Below are positions 45,048 through 54,395 of a stretch of 64,000 nucleotides of DNA, one piece after another; position 1 is the first letter of the stretch, and every line of letters begins with the position of its first letter. Source of the stretch: an archaeon. Its GTDB lineage: Archaea; Aenigmatarchaeota; Aenigmatarchaeia; QMZP01; JAFGSV01. The stretch lies in contig JANQNF010000024.1 of the NCBI GenBank assembly GCA_028279705.1, positions 269,011 through 333,010 of the forward strand. The letters run 5' to 3'. The position numbers were made by a program, and so were the translations under genes. The notes under the pieces were generated by a model. The model was not told the DNA's origin. It saw only the letters and a program-made list of their open reading frames with translations, and searched no databases.

Positions 45048-45560
45048 CTAGTTTGTTCTCCTTACAAGCTTATCCGGACATGTCTTGTCCCTTCTCCATG
45101 GGAACACGCCCTTTGGGAACGACTCGTCGAGGAACAGTCTCCTTGAGTCCGGTATGCCATCGATTGTTATCCCAAGCATCTCCTGCATTTCCCTCTCGGA
45201 GATGAGAGCGCCCGGTATGAGGCTTGTTATGCTCTCAATGACCGCATCCTTCTTTGGCAGCGTGACGCGCATGCTCACAGTTATCTCCCCTGCCTTTTTG
45301 GCATAGTTTATGGTGAAATGGTAATTCATGACAATGTCCTTTTCATTATCGTAACCTGAGCATACGACGAAGTGTGGATACGGGTACTGCTTGCAAAGGT
45401 GCGCCACAGCGTCTTTCAAATACTTCCTGTCTATGTCAAACCACACCCTCTGCAATTTGTATGTCTTCTTGAGCTTGTGGGGAACCTTTTCCACCTTCCC
45501 GTTCTTGACTTTCGTCTTGAACTTCTTCTTGAATGAACTCAGTACGCTTTCTGGTGTCAT
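45048..45560 (-). CDS. mbhK: Mbh subunit K (NuoC-like)
   Basis: SITSLIPGA..SEREMQEMLGI..DGIPDSRRLFL...FP.GVFPWR. Confidence 0.9.
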   Translation of the reverse strand: MTPESVLSSFKKKFKTKVKNGKVEKVPHKLKKTYKLQRVWFDIDRKYLKDAVAHLCKQYPYPHFVVCSGYDNEKDIVMNYHFTINYAKKAGEITVSMRVTLPKKDAVIESITSLIPGALISEREMQEMLGITIDGIPDSRRLFLDESFPKGVFPWRRDKTCPDKLVRRTN

Positions 45561-45985
45561 TTCTTCGCCTCCAGGTCTTCAAGCTTCTTCCATGCCTTGA
45601 CCACGCCGTCTATTATCGCTTCAGGCCTCGGCGGGCACCCTGCGACATAGACGTCGACTGGCACGACCTTGTCTATAGGTCCATCTATGTTGTATGATTC
45701 ATAAAAGCATCCGCCGCTGTTGCCACAATTACCGATCGACATAACGACTTTCGGATCAGGCGTCTGGTCGTAGACCCTCTTGAGCTTATCCTTCATGTCT
45801 TTTGTGACGGGTCCTGTCACCAGCAGCACGTCAGCGTGCCTTGGAGTGCCCACAAGCTTTACACCAAACCTCTCCGCGTCATACCTTGGAGTGAGAGCCG
45901 CGACTATCTCTATGTCACAACCGTTGCACGAACCGGTGTTTACATGGAACACCCACAGTGACCTGTTGAGATCCTTTATGCTCAT
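45557..45985 (-). CDS. mbhJ: Mbh small subunit J (NuoB-like)
   Basis: GSCNGCDIE, PRHAD, GNCG..GG, VAGCPPRP. Confidence 0.95.
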   Translation of the reverse strand: MSIKDLNRSLWVFHVNTGSCNGCDIEIVAALTPRYDAERFGVKLVGTPRHADVLLVTGPVTKDMKDKLKRVYDQTPDPKVVMSIGNCGNSGGCFYESYNIDGPIDKVVPVDVYVAGCPPRPEAIIDGVVKAWKKLEDLEAKK

Positions 45986-46323
45986 ACCGCGCCTCCCAGT
46001 AACAAAACCGCCGCCACTACGACTACCAGCAGCACGAACGAATAAACGTAATCGTTGACTATGCCCGTGTGGAACTTCATCAGCCACTTGTAGTACCTCT
46101 TCATCGCTTCGAAGAATCCCCAGTAAAGGTTTTCTGGATGCACGTTTTCTTCAGGTGCCTTCCCGCCTGAAAAGAACGCGACCGTCTGCTCCGTTCCCTT
46201 CTTGTACTTCTTTGTCCCTGTTGATCTTATGATGTAGACTATTACCAGTATTATTACCGCTGCAACGACAAAGGAAAGCGGGTTCCACATTCCAGACTGT
46301 GTAATGAAAAGCCTTCCTATCAT
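45982..46323 (-). CDS. mbhI: Mbh subunit I
   Basis: SG.WNP, Q...F.SG, YWGF, HTG.VNDYV; matches the position in the operon. Confidence 0.85.
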   Translation of the reverse strand: MIGRLFITQSGMWNPLSFVVAAVIILVIVYIIRSTGTKKYKKGTEQTVAFFSGGKAPEENVHPENLYWGFFEAMKRYYKWLMKFHTGIVNDYVYSFVLLVVVVAAVLLLGGAV

Positions 46324-47861
46324 ATTACCCCTCCTATGTACGCTGCCTTTCCAAGCAGTGCCTGGACAGCGGGTGTAACTATGAGGTCAAGTGCAACGTT
46401 TGGGAACAAACCAAAGACTATTATGAAGAACGCAAGCACGCACATGACAAATGCCATGCTGAGCGGAAGCGGTGCCACAATGCCCCTGTATGGTGCTCCA
46501 AGGAAGACTGAAGCGAATATCTTGACAAACAGCGCAAGCATCATCATGCTTCCCGCTATGCCTATTATTGCAAGCATCGGATTCAGGAAGTATACGGATT
46601 CGTATATTAGAAGCTTGCTTGCAAAGCCGTTCATAGGCGGCATGCCTGAAATTGCAAGAAGAGCTATTGCAAACATCACAGTCAGGAATCCCGACCTGTG
46701 ACCAAGGCCGCTCAGTTCAGTTATGTCTTGCTTTTTGGTCACGTAAAGTATGCCGCCTGCAACAAGGAATATAAGGCTCATGTCAAGCACGTCGTTAATC
46801 ATGTGGAACACTCCGCCTGAAAGCGCCTGGACGGCAAAACCATCCATTCTCGAAATGGAAACCATCGAAGTCCCAACACCCATCAGTATGTATCCTACTT
46901 CGGCCACTGCTGCATAACCTATCAGCCTCCTGAGGTTCTTCTGTGGAAGCGCCATCGTGACACCGACAAAGATCGAGGCTGCGCCGAGGACGACTGCAAG
47001 CCAGCCAAGAGTACTTCCCATGACCGGGACGAAAATGGTAAAGCAGATCCTAAACAGCACGTATAGTGAAAGCAGTGCTGTTGTGACAAGCATTATGGTC
47101 ACGTTTACCGGCGCCTGCTGGTATGCGTCGGGCTTCCACATGTGCACAGGGAACGCGCCGCTTTTTAGAAGCAGCGCCGATGCGAGCATGGACAGTGCGG
47201 CAACGTCAAGGAAAGACGAGCTTATGGCCATCTCGGCAGCTATTGCTGCCATGTTGAGCAGGTGGTACTTGCCATATAGTATGCCCACGCCGAAAAGCAG
47301 AAACAGTGCGCCCACTGCGGAAACCACAGTGTACTTGAACGCGGCCTCAAGCGACTTTCCGGACCTGTTGTAGGCCACGAGTCCTGCCGAAGCTATGGAC
47401 GATACCTCAAGGAAGACGAAAAGTGTGAAGAAGTCGCCTGTCAGGCACAGGCCTGCCATGGCTGCAGTCAGCAGCAGTAGAAGCGTGTAGAACTTGTCAA
47501 CGCCTCCTTTATCGGACATGTACTTCCATGAATATATGAAAGCAAGAAGCGCGATGCTTACTGCCGTAACTGCGAACAGCGCAGACATAGCGTCAGCAAC
47601 GAGGACTATTCTTATTGGAAAGCCGAATGGTGACGTCAGGCTTGGCACTGAAGCGCCGAGCGCGTAAACGCGAGCACCGTTTGCAAGCACGTCCTGGCCC
47701 ATCAGGAGCACTACCAATTCGGTGAATGCAAGCATCAGAAGAACCCAAAGGTTCCTAAGGAAGCTACCAAGCTTTCCAAAGAGCGGTGCAGCAAAGGCTG
47801 CAACGAGAGGAAGTGCTATCGCAAGAGCCGGTGAATGCTCGATAAGGAACTCTACGCTCAT
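46320..47861 (-). CDS. mbhH: Mbh subunit H (MrpD-like antiporter)
   Basis: TGDFF.LFVF.E, EAA.KY, K.G.FP.H.W.PDAY, GMPP.NGF.SK. Confidence 0.93.
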   Translation of the reverse strand: MSVEFLIEHSPALAIALPLVAAFAAPLFGKLGSFLRNLWVLLMLAFTELVVLLMGQDVLANGARVYALGASVPSLTSPFGFPIRIVLVADAMSALFAVTAVSIALLAFIYSWKYMSDKGGVDKFYTLLLLLTAAMAGLCLTGDFFTLFVFLEVSSIASAGLVAYNRSGKSLEAAFKYTVVSAVGALFLLFGVGILYGKYHLLNMAAIAAEMAISSSFLDVAALSMLASALLLKSGAFPVHMWKPDAYQQAPVNVTIMLVTTALLSLYVLFRICFTIFVPVMGSTLGWLAVVLGAASIFVGVTMALPQKNLRRLIGYAAVAEVGYILMGVGTSMVSISRMDGFAVQALSGGVFHMINDVLDMSLIFLVAGGILYVTKKQDITELSGLGHRSGFLTVMFAIALLAISGMPPMNGFASKLLIYESVYFLNPMLAIIGIAGSMMMLALFVKIFASVFLGAPYRGIVAPLPLSMAFVMCVLAFFIIVFGLFPNVALDLIVTPAVQALLGKAAYIGGVI

Positions 47862-48196
47862 TCCAAAAGCCTCCTCTTTCGCGTGTCAAGGCTTTTCCAG
47901 TGCCCGTAAAGCATTATCGTAAACGACAGCATAAGCGCTGTTACTGCAAGGCCTATTACTATGGACGTCAGGGTAAGCGCCTGCGGAACAGGAAGCACCA
48001 TCGCGGTCTGCGGGGCATTTGTGAATATCGGTGCAATCCCGCCTTCCCTGTATCCAAGCGACACAAGGAACAGGTTGACACCGCTTCCGATAACGCTGAT
48101 TCCCATCACTATCTTTATCAGGTTCCTCCTGAACACGACAGCATAAATTCCAAGCGATATCAAAAGCGCCACTGCGACGAAGTGTATGCTTATCAT
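47858..48196 (-). CDS. mbhG: Mbh subunit G (MrpC-like)
   Basis: NLIK, GVNL, PVPQAL.LT.IVI. Confidence 0.92.
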   Translation of the reverse strand: MISIHFVAVALLISLGIYAVVFRRNLIKIVMGISVIGSGVNLFLVSLGYREGGIAPIFTNAPQTAMVLPVPQALTLTSIVIGLAVTALMLSFTIMLYGHWKSLDTRKRRLLE

Positions 48197-48663
48197 TTAC
48201 TATCATCCCCCGAGTAGCTGAACATAAGAATCATTATTGCAGAAAGCGCGGCAAAGACTTCGATGCCTACAGCGATGTTCATGAGCGGAAGCACACCGCC
48301 GCTGACGAGATATCCGGGATTTGGGCCGAATGGTATCACCGTCCCGAACCAGTTTCCTGTGTTTGCAAGGAAGTTGCTGAAGAACGTTACTGATATACCG
48401 GCAAACGCAAGCGCTGCAAAAAGCAAAAGACCTATGCTTTCTGCTGCGGACAGGCAGTCCTTCTTCAGTATCTTTCGCGAACCGTCTTTTCCGTATGCTA
48501 CAAGGAACAGTGCCACAATTGTTGCCATCACCGCCCCGCCTGGGAAACCGCCGCCCGGGGTCAGGTGGCCGTGCATTATTACGTAGAGGCCGAATACCAC
48601 TGTCGGCACCACGAGCACACATGAGACCGTCTTCACAATTACGGACATTCCCTCATCGCTCAT
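48193..48663 (-). CDS. mbhF: Mbh subunit F (MrpB-like)
   Basis: HGHLTPGGGFPGG, NIAVG.EV. Confidence 0.92.
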   Translation of the reverse strand: MSDEGMSVIVKTVSCVLVVPTVVFGLYVIMHGHLTPGGGFPGGAVMATIVALFLVAYGKDGSRKILKKDCLSAAESIGLLLFAALAFAGISVTFFSNFLANTGNWFGTVIPFGPNPGYLVSGGVLPLMNIAVGIEVFAALSAIMILMFSYSGDDSK

Positions 48664-48932
48664 TCTTCCGACCTCCTGAATAAAAGGAATATCGCACACG
48701 CTGCTGCGAAAAGAACGCTGGCCTCGCCTATGGTGTCAAGGCCCCTGTAGTCAAACAATACCGCAGCTACAATGTTATTGGACCCGGTTTCTGCCTGCCC
48801 GTTCTGTATGAAATAATCATCCATGGCGGCATTCTCTGGACTGCCGAAATCGTGCATATATACCGTCGTCCCGACAAGCATCGCAAGAAGCGCCAGGAGC
48901 GTCAGCGCCTTAATCGCTTTTACTTTGCACAT
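48660..48932 (-). CDS. mbhE: Mbh subunit E
   Basis: NIVAAVLFDYRGLDTIGEA.VLF. Confidence 0.9.
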   Translation of the reverse strand: MCKVKAIKALTLLALLAMLVGTTVYMHDFGSPENAAMDDYFIQNGQAETGSNNIVAAVLFDYRGLDTIGEASVLFAAACAIFLLFRRSEE

Positions 48933-49174
48933 TTCTCAATCCTCTCCGTCTTGTTTATCGCGATCACGAATATCGCAGTCGTGAGTCCCGCGCCAACCGC
49001 AGCTTCCGCAATGGCAACGTCAGGTGCGTGAAGCATGTAGAACTCCACCGAAAGCAGAAGGCTCATTGCCGCAAGATATATTACCGAAACCAGCAAATCT
49101 TTTCCTCTCAGCGCCATGAAAGCCGTTACCAGTATACCTGCCAGAAGCATACCGTGGATTGCTTCCGCTATCAT
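48920..49174 (-). CDS. mbhD: Mbh subunit D
   Basis: LHAPDVAIAEAAVGAG. Confidence 0.9.
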   Translation of the reverse strand: MIAEAIHGMLLAGILVTAFMALRGKDLLVSVIYLAAMSLLLSVEFYMLHAPDVAIAEAAVGAGLTTAIFVIAINKTERIEKCAK

Positions 49175-49518
49175 TTCTTGGCACCCCCGAGCTTGTCTAC
49201 TATCGCCCTGTCTGGCATAACACCGCTTTTGTGGGCGGCCCTTGCTATGGCGTGCGCACCCGTAGGGTTTGTGAACAGCAGTACCATCATCACAACGAAG
49301 ACGTGCATTGAAAGCGATGCATAGACCGCGTCCCCTGCAAGAACCATGAGTATGCCGTATATTATGATGCCGAGGTAGATGAATATCGAGCCGAACGTCG
49401 TGCACTTTGTTGCCCCGTGCATCCTCGTGTAGACGTCAGGGAACCTGTGAAGTGCTATGGTCCCAAGCGTCTGGAAAATCACTCCTATCCCAAGGAAGAG
49501 GTAAACAATCTCCATCAT
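49171..49518 (-). CDS. mbhC: Mbh subunit C (MrpG-like)
   Basis: RFPDVYTRMHGATK..T.G, TNP.GAHAIARAA. Confidence 0.92.
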   Translation of the reverse strand: MMEIVYLFLGIGVIFQTLGTIALHRFPDVYTRMHGATKCTTFGSIFIYLGIIIYGILMVLAGDAVYASLSMHVFVVMMVLLFTNPTGAHAIARAAHKSGVMPDRAIVDKLGGAKK

Positions 49519-49778
49519 TTTCCCCCCTCCAGGCTCTTTGACACAAATATGGTCGTCACGAAGGCGAGCATCGCGTAGACGATTGCAACATCTATGTATA
49601 TAATCTCCTTGAATGAGACTCCAAGCAGGACGAGCGCTGCAACGACCAATGTGTTTATTGTGTCGGCTGCAACCATCCTGTCAGGTGCAGTCCTTCCGAG
49701 GATTACCCTGACGACTGCTATCAGCATCAGCAGCACCATGCCGCCGGAAAGCGCAAGAAGCGTTGTTTCCATGCTCAT
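49515..49778 (-). CDS. mbhB: Mbh subunit B (MrpF-like)
   Basis: R...G.T.PDR.VA.D, DVA.VYA.L.FV.T. Confidence 0.9.
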   Translation of the reverse strand: MSMETTLLALSGGMVLLMLIAVVRVILGRTAPDRMVAADTINTLVVAALVLLGVSFKEIIYIDVAIVYAMLAFVTTIFVSKSLEGGK

Positions 49779-50290
49779 TCTGCTATCCTCCTTGCCCAGT
49801 TGATGAATGAGCCGCAAACCTCTTTTGCATCGGGGTCTTTAGTCTTGAGGTTTATGCAGTGAACGTAAAGGTTGTTCCCGTCGTCGATGTCAACGGAAAG
49901 CGTTCCGGGAGTCAGTGTGATGGAATTTGCAAGAAGCGAAACTGCAAAATCATTTGTAAGCCCTGTCTGGATCTTGACTATGCCCGGGTTTATTTTTCCA
50001 GTGACCACCCTGTAGGCGACATCGATGTTTGCTTTTGCCATGCTGAAGAAGAAGGGGCCGATTGCGTATATCACGAACTTCAGCCACCTCATAGGATTGA
50101 GGTAACCAAGGCCCGAGTCTGCACCTACGCCCACGATGAGCTTCTTTGCAAGCAGCGCCGTGACGATTGAGAACACGACACCGACCACCACTTCGCCTGT
50201 GCTCCAGAAGAGGATTTCCGTTCCTGAACCAAACGTCAGCGCCAGGTATAATATCATTGAAAAAATAAACGAAACTGCAATAACTGCCAT
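49775..50290 (-). CDS. mbhA: Mbh subunit A (MrpE-like)
   Basis: ANIDVAYRV, INPGIV, LANSITLTPGTL. Confidence 0.92.
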   Translation of the reverse strand: MAVIAVSFIFSMILYLALTFGSGTEILFWSTGEVVVGVVFSIVTALLAKKLIVGVGADSGLGYLNPMRWLKFVIYAIGPFFFSMAKANIDVAYRVVTGKINPGIVKIQTGLTNDFAVSLLANSITLTPGTLSVDIDDGNNLYVHCINLKTKDPDAKEVCGSFINWARRIAE

Positions 50291-50348
50291 ACAAATTATG
50301 TGTGGCAGGTTTTTATATTTATTTTGCGTTCCGTTTCACATCTTATCG

Positions 50349-50813
50349 TTAGATGTTGATGAAAATACTTTCCGAAAGTCCGTCGCCGTATTTTTCACAT
50401 GCTCTATTGTAGATGTCAATAGCTCTCCTGTATTTTCCACCCTCTTCAATTTTCAACATATCTCCGGACTTCAGCACCTCTTCTGCAGTGTCACCCAATT
50501 CAATTACCCATCTGGCATTGCTAAGATTACTCTCTATCTCCTCACTCCCCGATACCGTAACTTTCCCCAGGTACTTTTTGGCACAATTGTATAATACTTC
50601 ATTTAGCTTTACTACAGCTTTATCGTATTCCTCGCTTCTCATTTCACTGGGAATTGAATTGAGCGATTCAACCGCGTTCTTAATGTTCGTTACGACATCG
50701 AAGGCATTTTCGGCATTGCATACACCTTCTGCACCATTTATAGCATCCTTTATATAATCCTCGGCAACAGAAAGATAGAAATCCACATCGTCACTGACAA
50801 GTTCTTCACTCAT
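50349..50813 (-). CDS. Hypothetical acidic helical protein (AT-rich ORFan)
   Basis: 154-aa ORF inserted between ftrB and mbhA. Confidence 0.55.
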   Translation of the reverse strand: MSEELVSDDVDFYLSVAEDYIKDAINGAEGVCNAENAFDVVTNIKNAVESLNSIPSEMRSEEYDKAVVKLNEVLYNCAKKYLGKVTVSGSEEIESNLSNARWVIELGDTAEEVLKSGDMLKIEEGGKYRRAIDIYNRACEKYGDGLSESIFINI

Positions 50814-50856
50814 CTGATGATTTTATAAGTAAATTTTATAAAGAGCAATCTCAGGC

Positions 50857-51129
50857 TCACTTAACAAACAGGTTGCAGTGGCATTTTCCGTCCTTTGCGA
50901 TCTCGTCCTTGTGGTAGACGCACGGGCAGATGTTTTTGTCGTCGTTTTCCTTGTTTCCCGTTACGAGCCTGCACGGGCAGTACTTTGCCCCGTACTTCTT
51001 CTCGTTCCCAAGAAGTCCCCTGCATACGTTCTCGACGACCACGTCATCGGGATTCAGCCTGAAACCCTGGGACAGGGCGTACTTGGCGTACTCCTGCTTC
51101 ATCTTCTCAATCTTTTCTTTTTCTCCCAT
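50857..51129 (-). CDS. ftrB: Ferredoxin:thioredoxin reductase catalytic subunit
   Basis: LNPD, YG..YCPCR, ICPC, CHC.LF signature. Confidence 0.93.
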   Translation of the reverse strand: MGEKEKIEKMKQEYAKYALSQGFRLNPDDVVVENVCRGLLGNEKKYGAKYCPCRLVTGNKENDDKNICPCVYHKDEIAKDGKCHCNLFVK

Positions 51130-51175
51130 GCTCCCAACTCCAAAACAAAAATAATTGTTTGAAAACAAAACGCGT

Positions 51176-51343
51176 TTACTGGCTTATTGCGTCGACCGGG
51201 CACGATGACACGCCTTCGCCGATGCACGGCGCCTTAGCATCCTTGACATGGGCCTTTCCGTCGTCCTTCATCTCGAACCCGTCAGGGCATACTGCGGCAC
51301 AGCTCCCACAACCGATGCACTTATCTGCGTCAACTGATACCAT
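51176..51343 (-). CDS. fdx: Single-cluster [4Fe-4S] ferredoxin (55 aa; absent from ORF track)
   Basis: Manual translation MVSVDADKCIGCGSCAAVCPDGFEMKDDGKAHVKDAKAPCIGEGVSSCPVDAISQ; SD GGAGGT upstream. Confidence 0.95.
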   Translation of the reverse strand: MVSVDADKCIGCGSCAAVCPDGFEMKDDGKAHVKDAKAPCIGEGVSSCPVDAISQ

Positions 51344-51393
51344 ATGCAAAACCTCCGTTGATTTATTGTAACATTTCCTTAAAATAGTTTAAT

Positions 51394-51726
51394 CTAGCCG
51401 AGGCCCTTGTCCAGCCATTCCCTGACCATCGTTTCTGCCTTGTTGCCCACGAACTCTGCCACTACCTCGCCACTTTTGAACATCATCACAGCAGGTATGC
51501 CGCTCACGCCGTACTTCTGGGCGTTTTCCGTGTTCTCGTCAACGTTCACCTTTACAAGTACGAATTTTCCACCATACTCCTCGGTGAGCTTCTTTAGCAC
51601 GGGAGCGAGCATGTTACATGGGCCGCACCACGGTGCCCAGAAGTCAACGACCACTGGAATTTCCCCGGACTTCTTGACTACCCTTTCATCAAACTCGCTG
51701 TCAGAAACTGCGATTTCGTTTTCCAT
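51394..51726 (-). CDS. trxA: Thioredoxin
   Basis: VVDFWAPWCGPC, VNVDEN, GIPA. Confidence 0.95.
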   Translation of the reverse strand: MENEIAVSDSEFDERVVKKSGEIPVVVDFWAPWCGPCNMLAPVLKKLTEEYGGKFVLVKVNVDENTENAQKYGVSGIPAVMMFKSGEVVAEFVGNKAETMVREWLDKGLG

Positions 51727-51777
51727 TAGAAATGATGTGGTCCATCCAATAAAAATGTTACCATTTCAAGCATGATT

Positions 51778-52548
51778 TTATTTCCCCCTTGTTACCTTGT
51801 CCAGGAACCTGATGAACTTTTTTTCAGGCATGAGTTCGTGATGCACAAACTTTCCCTTGTAGTAAATACCAAAAGTTCCAAAAGGCGAACCCAGTTTCTG
51901 AGCCTTGGAATAATCAGTTAACTTTATTATTTCTGTTTTCAGACCATACTTTTCTGCAACATCAGACATTATCTTCGAGTACTCTTCTGTGAACGGACAC
52001 TGATTTGAATAGACGAAGGACACGTCTTTCTTACTGCCAAAAACGCCCTCCTTTGCATTATCTGTAAACACGGGAGCCTTCGCGTTCTTATTCAGCTTCA
52101 GTGACAGGAGCTCGAAATAAGGGTATGCCTTATCACATGTCTCAAAACCATACTTAACAAAAAATGTCTTATCTGTCAGAAATCCCATCTTCTTTTCTGA
52201 CGTAACGACGCAAACACCATCTTTTCCCTGCTTTTTGGCGTCATTTATGCACTCTTCAAGAAGCTTTTTTCCAAGGCCCTTTTGCTGGAATCTTCCGGCA
52301 ACCCATAGACAGTTGATAACAATATAATTCTTGCCAATCACAGGTTTCCATACCTTTTCTATCGGCATGTACTCGACAAAAAGCTTTCCCCTCTCATTAA
52401 ACCTTTTGAATACAAGACCGTCGTTATACCTTTCCTTAAGCCACGCTTTCTTCCCATCAGCTCTACTTGCATTTTCCCTGTCGTTTCCTATAGCGCAGCA
52501 TATATGTTCACTGTCAATATTATCCTTTGTGATTTCTATGATGTCCAT
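51778..52548 (-). CDS. YoaP-like GNAT acetyltransferase
   Basis: NI..EHICCAI, KK.WL, FVEY.P.E, INCLWV.G..QQKGLG, QCPF, FG.YY.GKF. Confidence 0.85.
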   Translation of the reverse strand: MDIIEITKDNIDSEHICCAIGNDRENASRADGKKAWLKERYNDGLVFKRFNERGKLFVEYMPIEKVWKPVIGKNYIVINCLWVAGRFQQKGLGKKLLEECINDAKKQGKDGVCVVTSEKKMGFLTDKTFFVKYGFETCDKAYPYFELLSLKLNKNAKAPVFTDNAKEGVFGSKKDVSFVYSNQCPFTEEYSKIMSDVAEKYGLKTEIIKLTDYSKAQKLGSPFGTFGIYYKGKFVHHELMPEKKFIRFLDKVTRGK

Positions 52549-52549
52549 T

Positions 52550-53176
52550 TCACTCTCCGTTTATCATTTCTTTTCCCGAAATAAAAATACTGAGACAGTA
52601 AACGAATGCGCCAATGAGGCCCATCCAGAATGGAAGCACCATCGTAAATCCGTGAAGCAGTGCACCAAACATAAGGAGAACGGATGTCATTTTCGTAAAT
52701 ATTTTATTTCTGAATGAAACAACGCCAAAGATAAGATACCCAAAACTGAACACCAAAGTGAACACACTGAATGATGAGATTATCATCGGACTTTGTAAAT
52801 ATGCAGATTCTGTCAGGAACGCAATTCCAGGGCTGGATGACAAAAGCGAGGGCCATACTACAGCTTCCCAGCTTAGCATCGCAAACCTTAAGAGAAGACT
52901 CAGAAGTATCATCAAAAGTCCTATACCTGAAAAAATACTCATCTTGTAGTTTTTGTGAAACACGTACCCAAAGAAGCCAATGATCCCGATGAAAACTGCA
53001 GCCATCGATGTAAGATTTATAGCTATCCAGAACGGACTTTCCACGAGTGCTGCGTAGTTTGCCTGGATCATTTCGACAGGGAGCATTAACTGCCACAAAA
53101 TCCCAGTCAAGAACAATAGTACTGCATATGACATGTTCGAATATCCCGCAATTCTCATGAAGTTTGCTGTATCCAT
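52550..53176 (-). CDS. Multi-pass membrane protein
   Basis: 208 aa with about six TM segments; part of the AT-rich operon. Confidence 0.7.
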   Translation of the reverse strand: MDTANFMRIAGYSNMSYAVLLFLTGILWQLMLPVEMIQANYAALVESPFWIAINLTSMAAVFIGIIGFFGYVFHKNYKMSIFSGIGLLMILLSLLLRFAMLSWEAVVWPSLLSSSPGIAFLTESAYLQSPMIISSFSVFTLVFSFGYLIFGVVSFRNKIFTKMTSVLLMFGALLHGFTMVLPFWMGLIGAFVYCLSIFISGKEMINGE

Positions 53177-53671
53177 TTATTCACCATCCACAGGAACAAG
53201 AAATCCGATTTCCGAATCCTTGTCTTCAAAACCGCGAAACTTACTGCTATCATAAACCTGGATCAGATAATCGCTGTTTTGCTTTAGCTTCGCCTCCGAT
53301 ATTTCTGCCGGGATTTCATTTTCGTGATCAAGTTCGGTGACTTTGAATGTAAATCTTGCAAACGTCGAAGGTGGTACAACCATTGCCAGCATGCCGACTG
53401 GAATGTCGTCAAAGCTTTCCACTTTCACACCAACGAAAACACTGAATTCGCTTGTCTTCTTGTTATCTGACTTTACATGAACCTCGTACATAAGGTTCTT
53501 GTCCACCTGGGCTTTCCCGAAATACTCAGAATGCTTGCTGTAAAGCCGCATGAACCTTTTCCATAAAAGGCCAATTTCATTTTTCTCATCCCAGCCGCTC
53601 TCGCTATGGAAAGGGTCGCCGAAAAAACTGCACCCGACAAGCTTCAATTTGCCCATTTTTGATACTTCCAT
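53177..53671 (-). CDS. GyrI-like small-molecule-binding domain protein
   Basis: KLVG, EIG.LW.RF, FVGV.V, P...FA.F, YD..F, EI...VPV. Confidence 0.8.
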   Translation of the reverse strand: MEVSKMGKLKLVGCSFFGDPFHSESGWDEKNEIGLLWKRFMRLYSKHSEYFGKAQVDKNLMYEVHVKSDNKKTSEFSVFVGVKVESFDDIPVGMLAMVVPPSTFARFTFKVTELDHENEIPAEISEAKLKQNSDYLIQVYDSSKFRGFEDKDSEIGFLVPVDGE

Positions 53672-53742
53672 CCTTACTGCTTCACTCGGGCATCTTATAA
53701 ATCTAAGCTTTTTTGTGATCAATAATCCTATAAAAAATGAAT

Positions 53743-54105
53743 TCATTCAAAGAACATTCCGGATATCCGTTTCCTTTTTTCCGCCTCTTTAATATCCTTG
53801 CCAGCGCCCCTGGTGTTATTGTATACGTCGAATGTATATCCAAGATAGATGGTGCCCTTTCTTGTTATTCCGTACATACCGTGCTTTATTTTTCTTATGA
53901 GATTCCTGCTCATAAGGATTCTTAGATGGTTTGACAGTGTAGTCTTTTGCACGAATGTCCTCTTGATAAGGTCATTGAAGGAAAATGGCCTTTCAAAAAG
54001 AAGTGCAAGTATTTTGAAGCGGACAGGACTACTGATCGCAAAAACAACTGATACTATCTCCTCCTGATTCTCCAAAAGAAGGTCCTTTACTAATCCTTTT
54101 TCCAT
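53743..54105 (-). CDS. ArsR-like winged-HTH regulator
   Basis: SSPVR.KIL..L, KTTLSNHL..L...LI.K...G.Y.IT.KG. Confidence 0.85.
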   Translation of the reverse strand: MEKGLVKDLLLENQEEIVSVVFAISSPVRFKILALLFERPFSFNDLIKRTFVQKTTLSNHLRILMSRNLIRKIKHGMYGITRKGTIYLGYTFDVYNNTRGAGKDIKEAEKRKRISGMFFE

Positions 54106-54187
54106 ATGCTTCCAAACCTCAGCTATTCCTCGCAAGGAATAACTTATGCACATTCTATCTACTCCCTTTGTGCGCTATCCGACCTGT

Positions 54188-54394
54188 TCACTTCTTTCTC
54201 TTGGACTTTTTGCAGATCTTCCTCACTTTAGGCTTCGGCCTTGCTCCGCGGCCTTCCATGACCTCCAGCTTGTACCTTGCACATTTCTTGAAAGTCCCCT
54301 TGCAGTATTTCTTCAGTATTTCCGGACTCCGTCCAGTTGTTTCATAGAACATCCTCAGCGTGCAGCAGTCGTAGAGATCGCATTTTCTTGCCAT
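54188..54394 (-). CDS. Small Cys-containing basic protein
   Basis: C.LY..C ... YC.G.F..CARY pattern. Confidence 0.6.
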   Translation of the reverse strand: MARKCDLYDCCTLRMFYETTGRSPEILKKYCKGTFKKCARYKLEVMEGRGARPKPKVRKICKKSKRKK

Positions 54395-54395
54395 A

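Noticed and set aside
42788-50290. Complex I (Nuo), Mbs/Mbx or stand-alone Mrp antiporter interpretation
   Set aside because: The large subunit keeps both CxxC NiFe motifs and a cleavable tail, and there is a single MrpD-like subunit in mbhA-N order.
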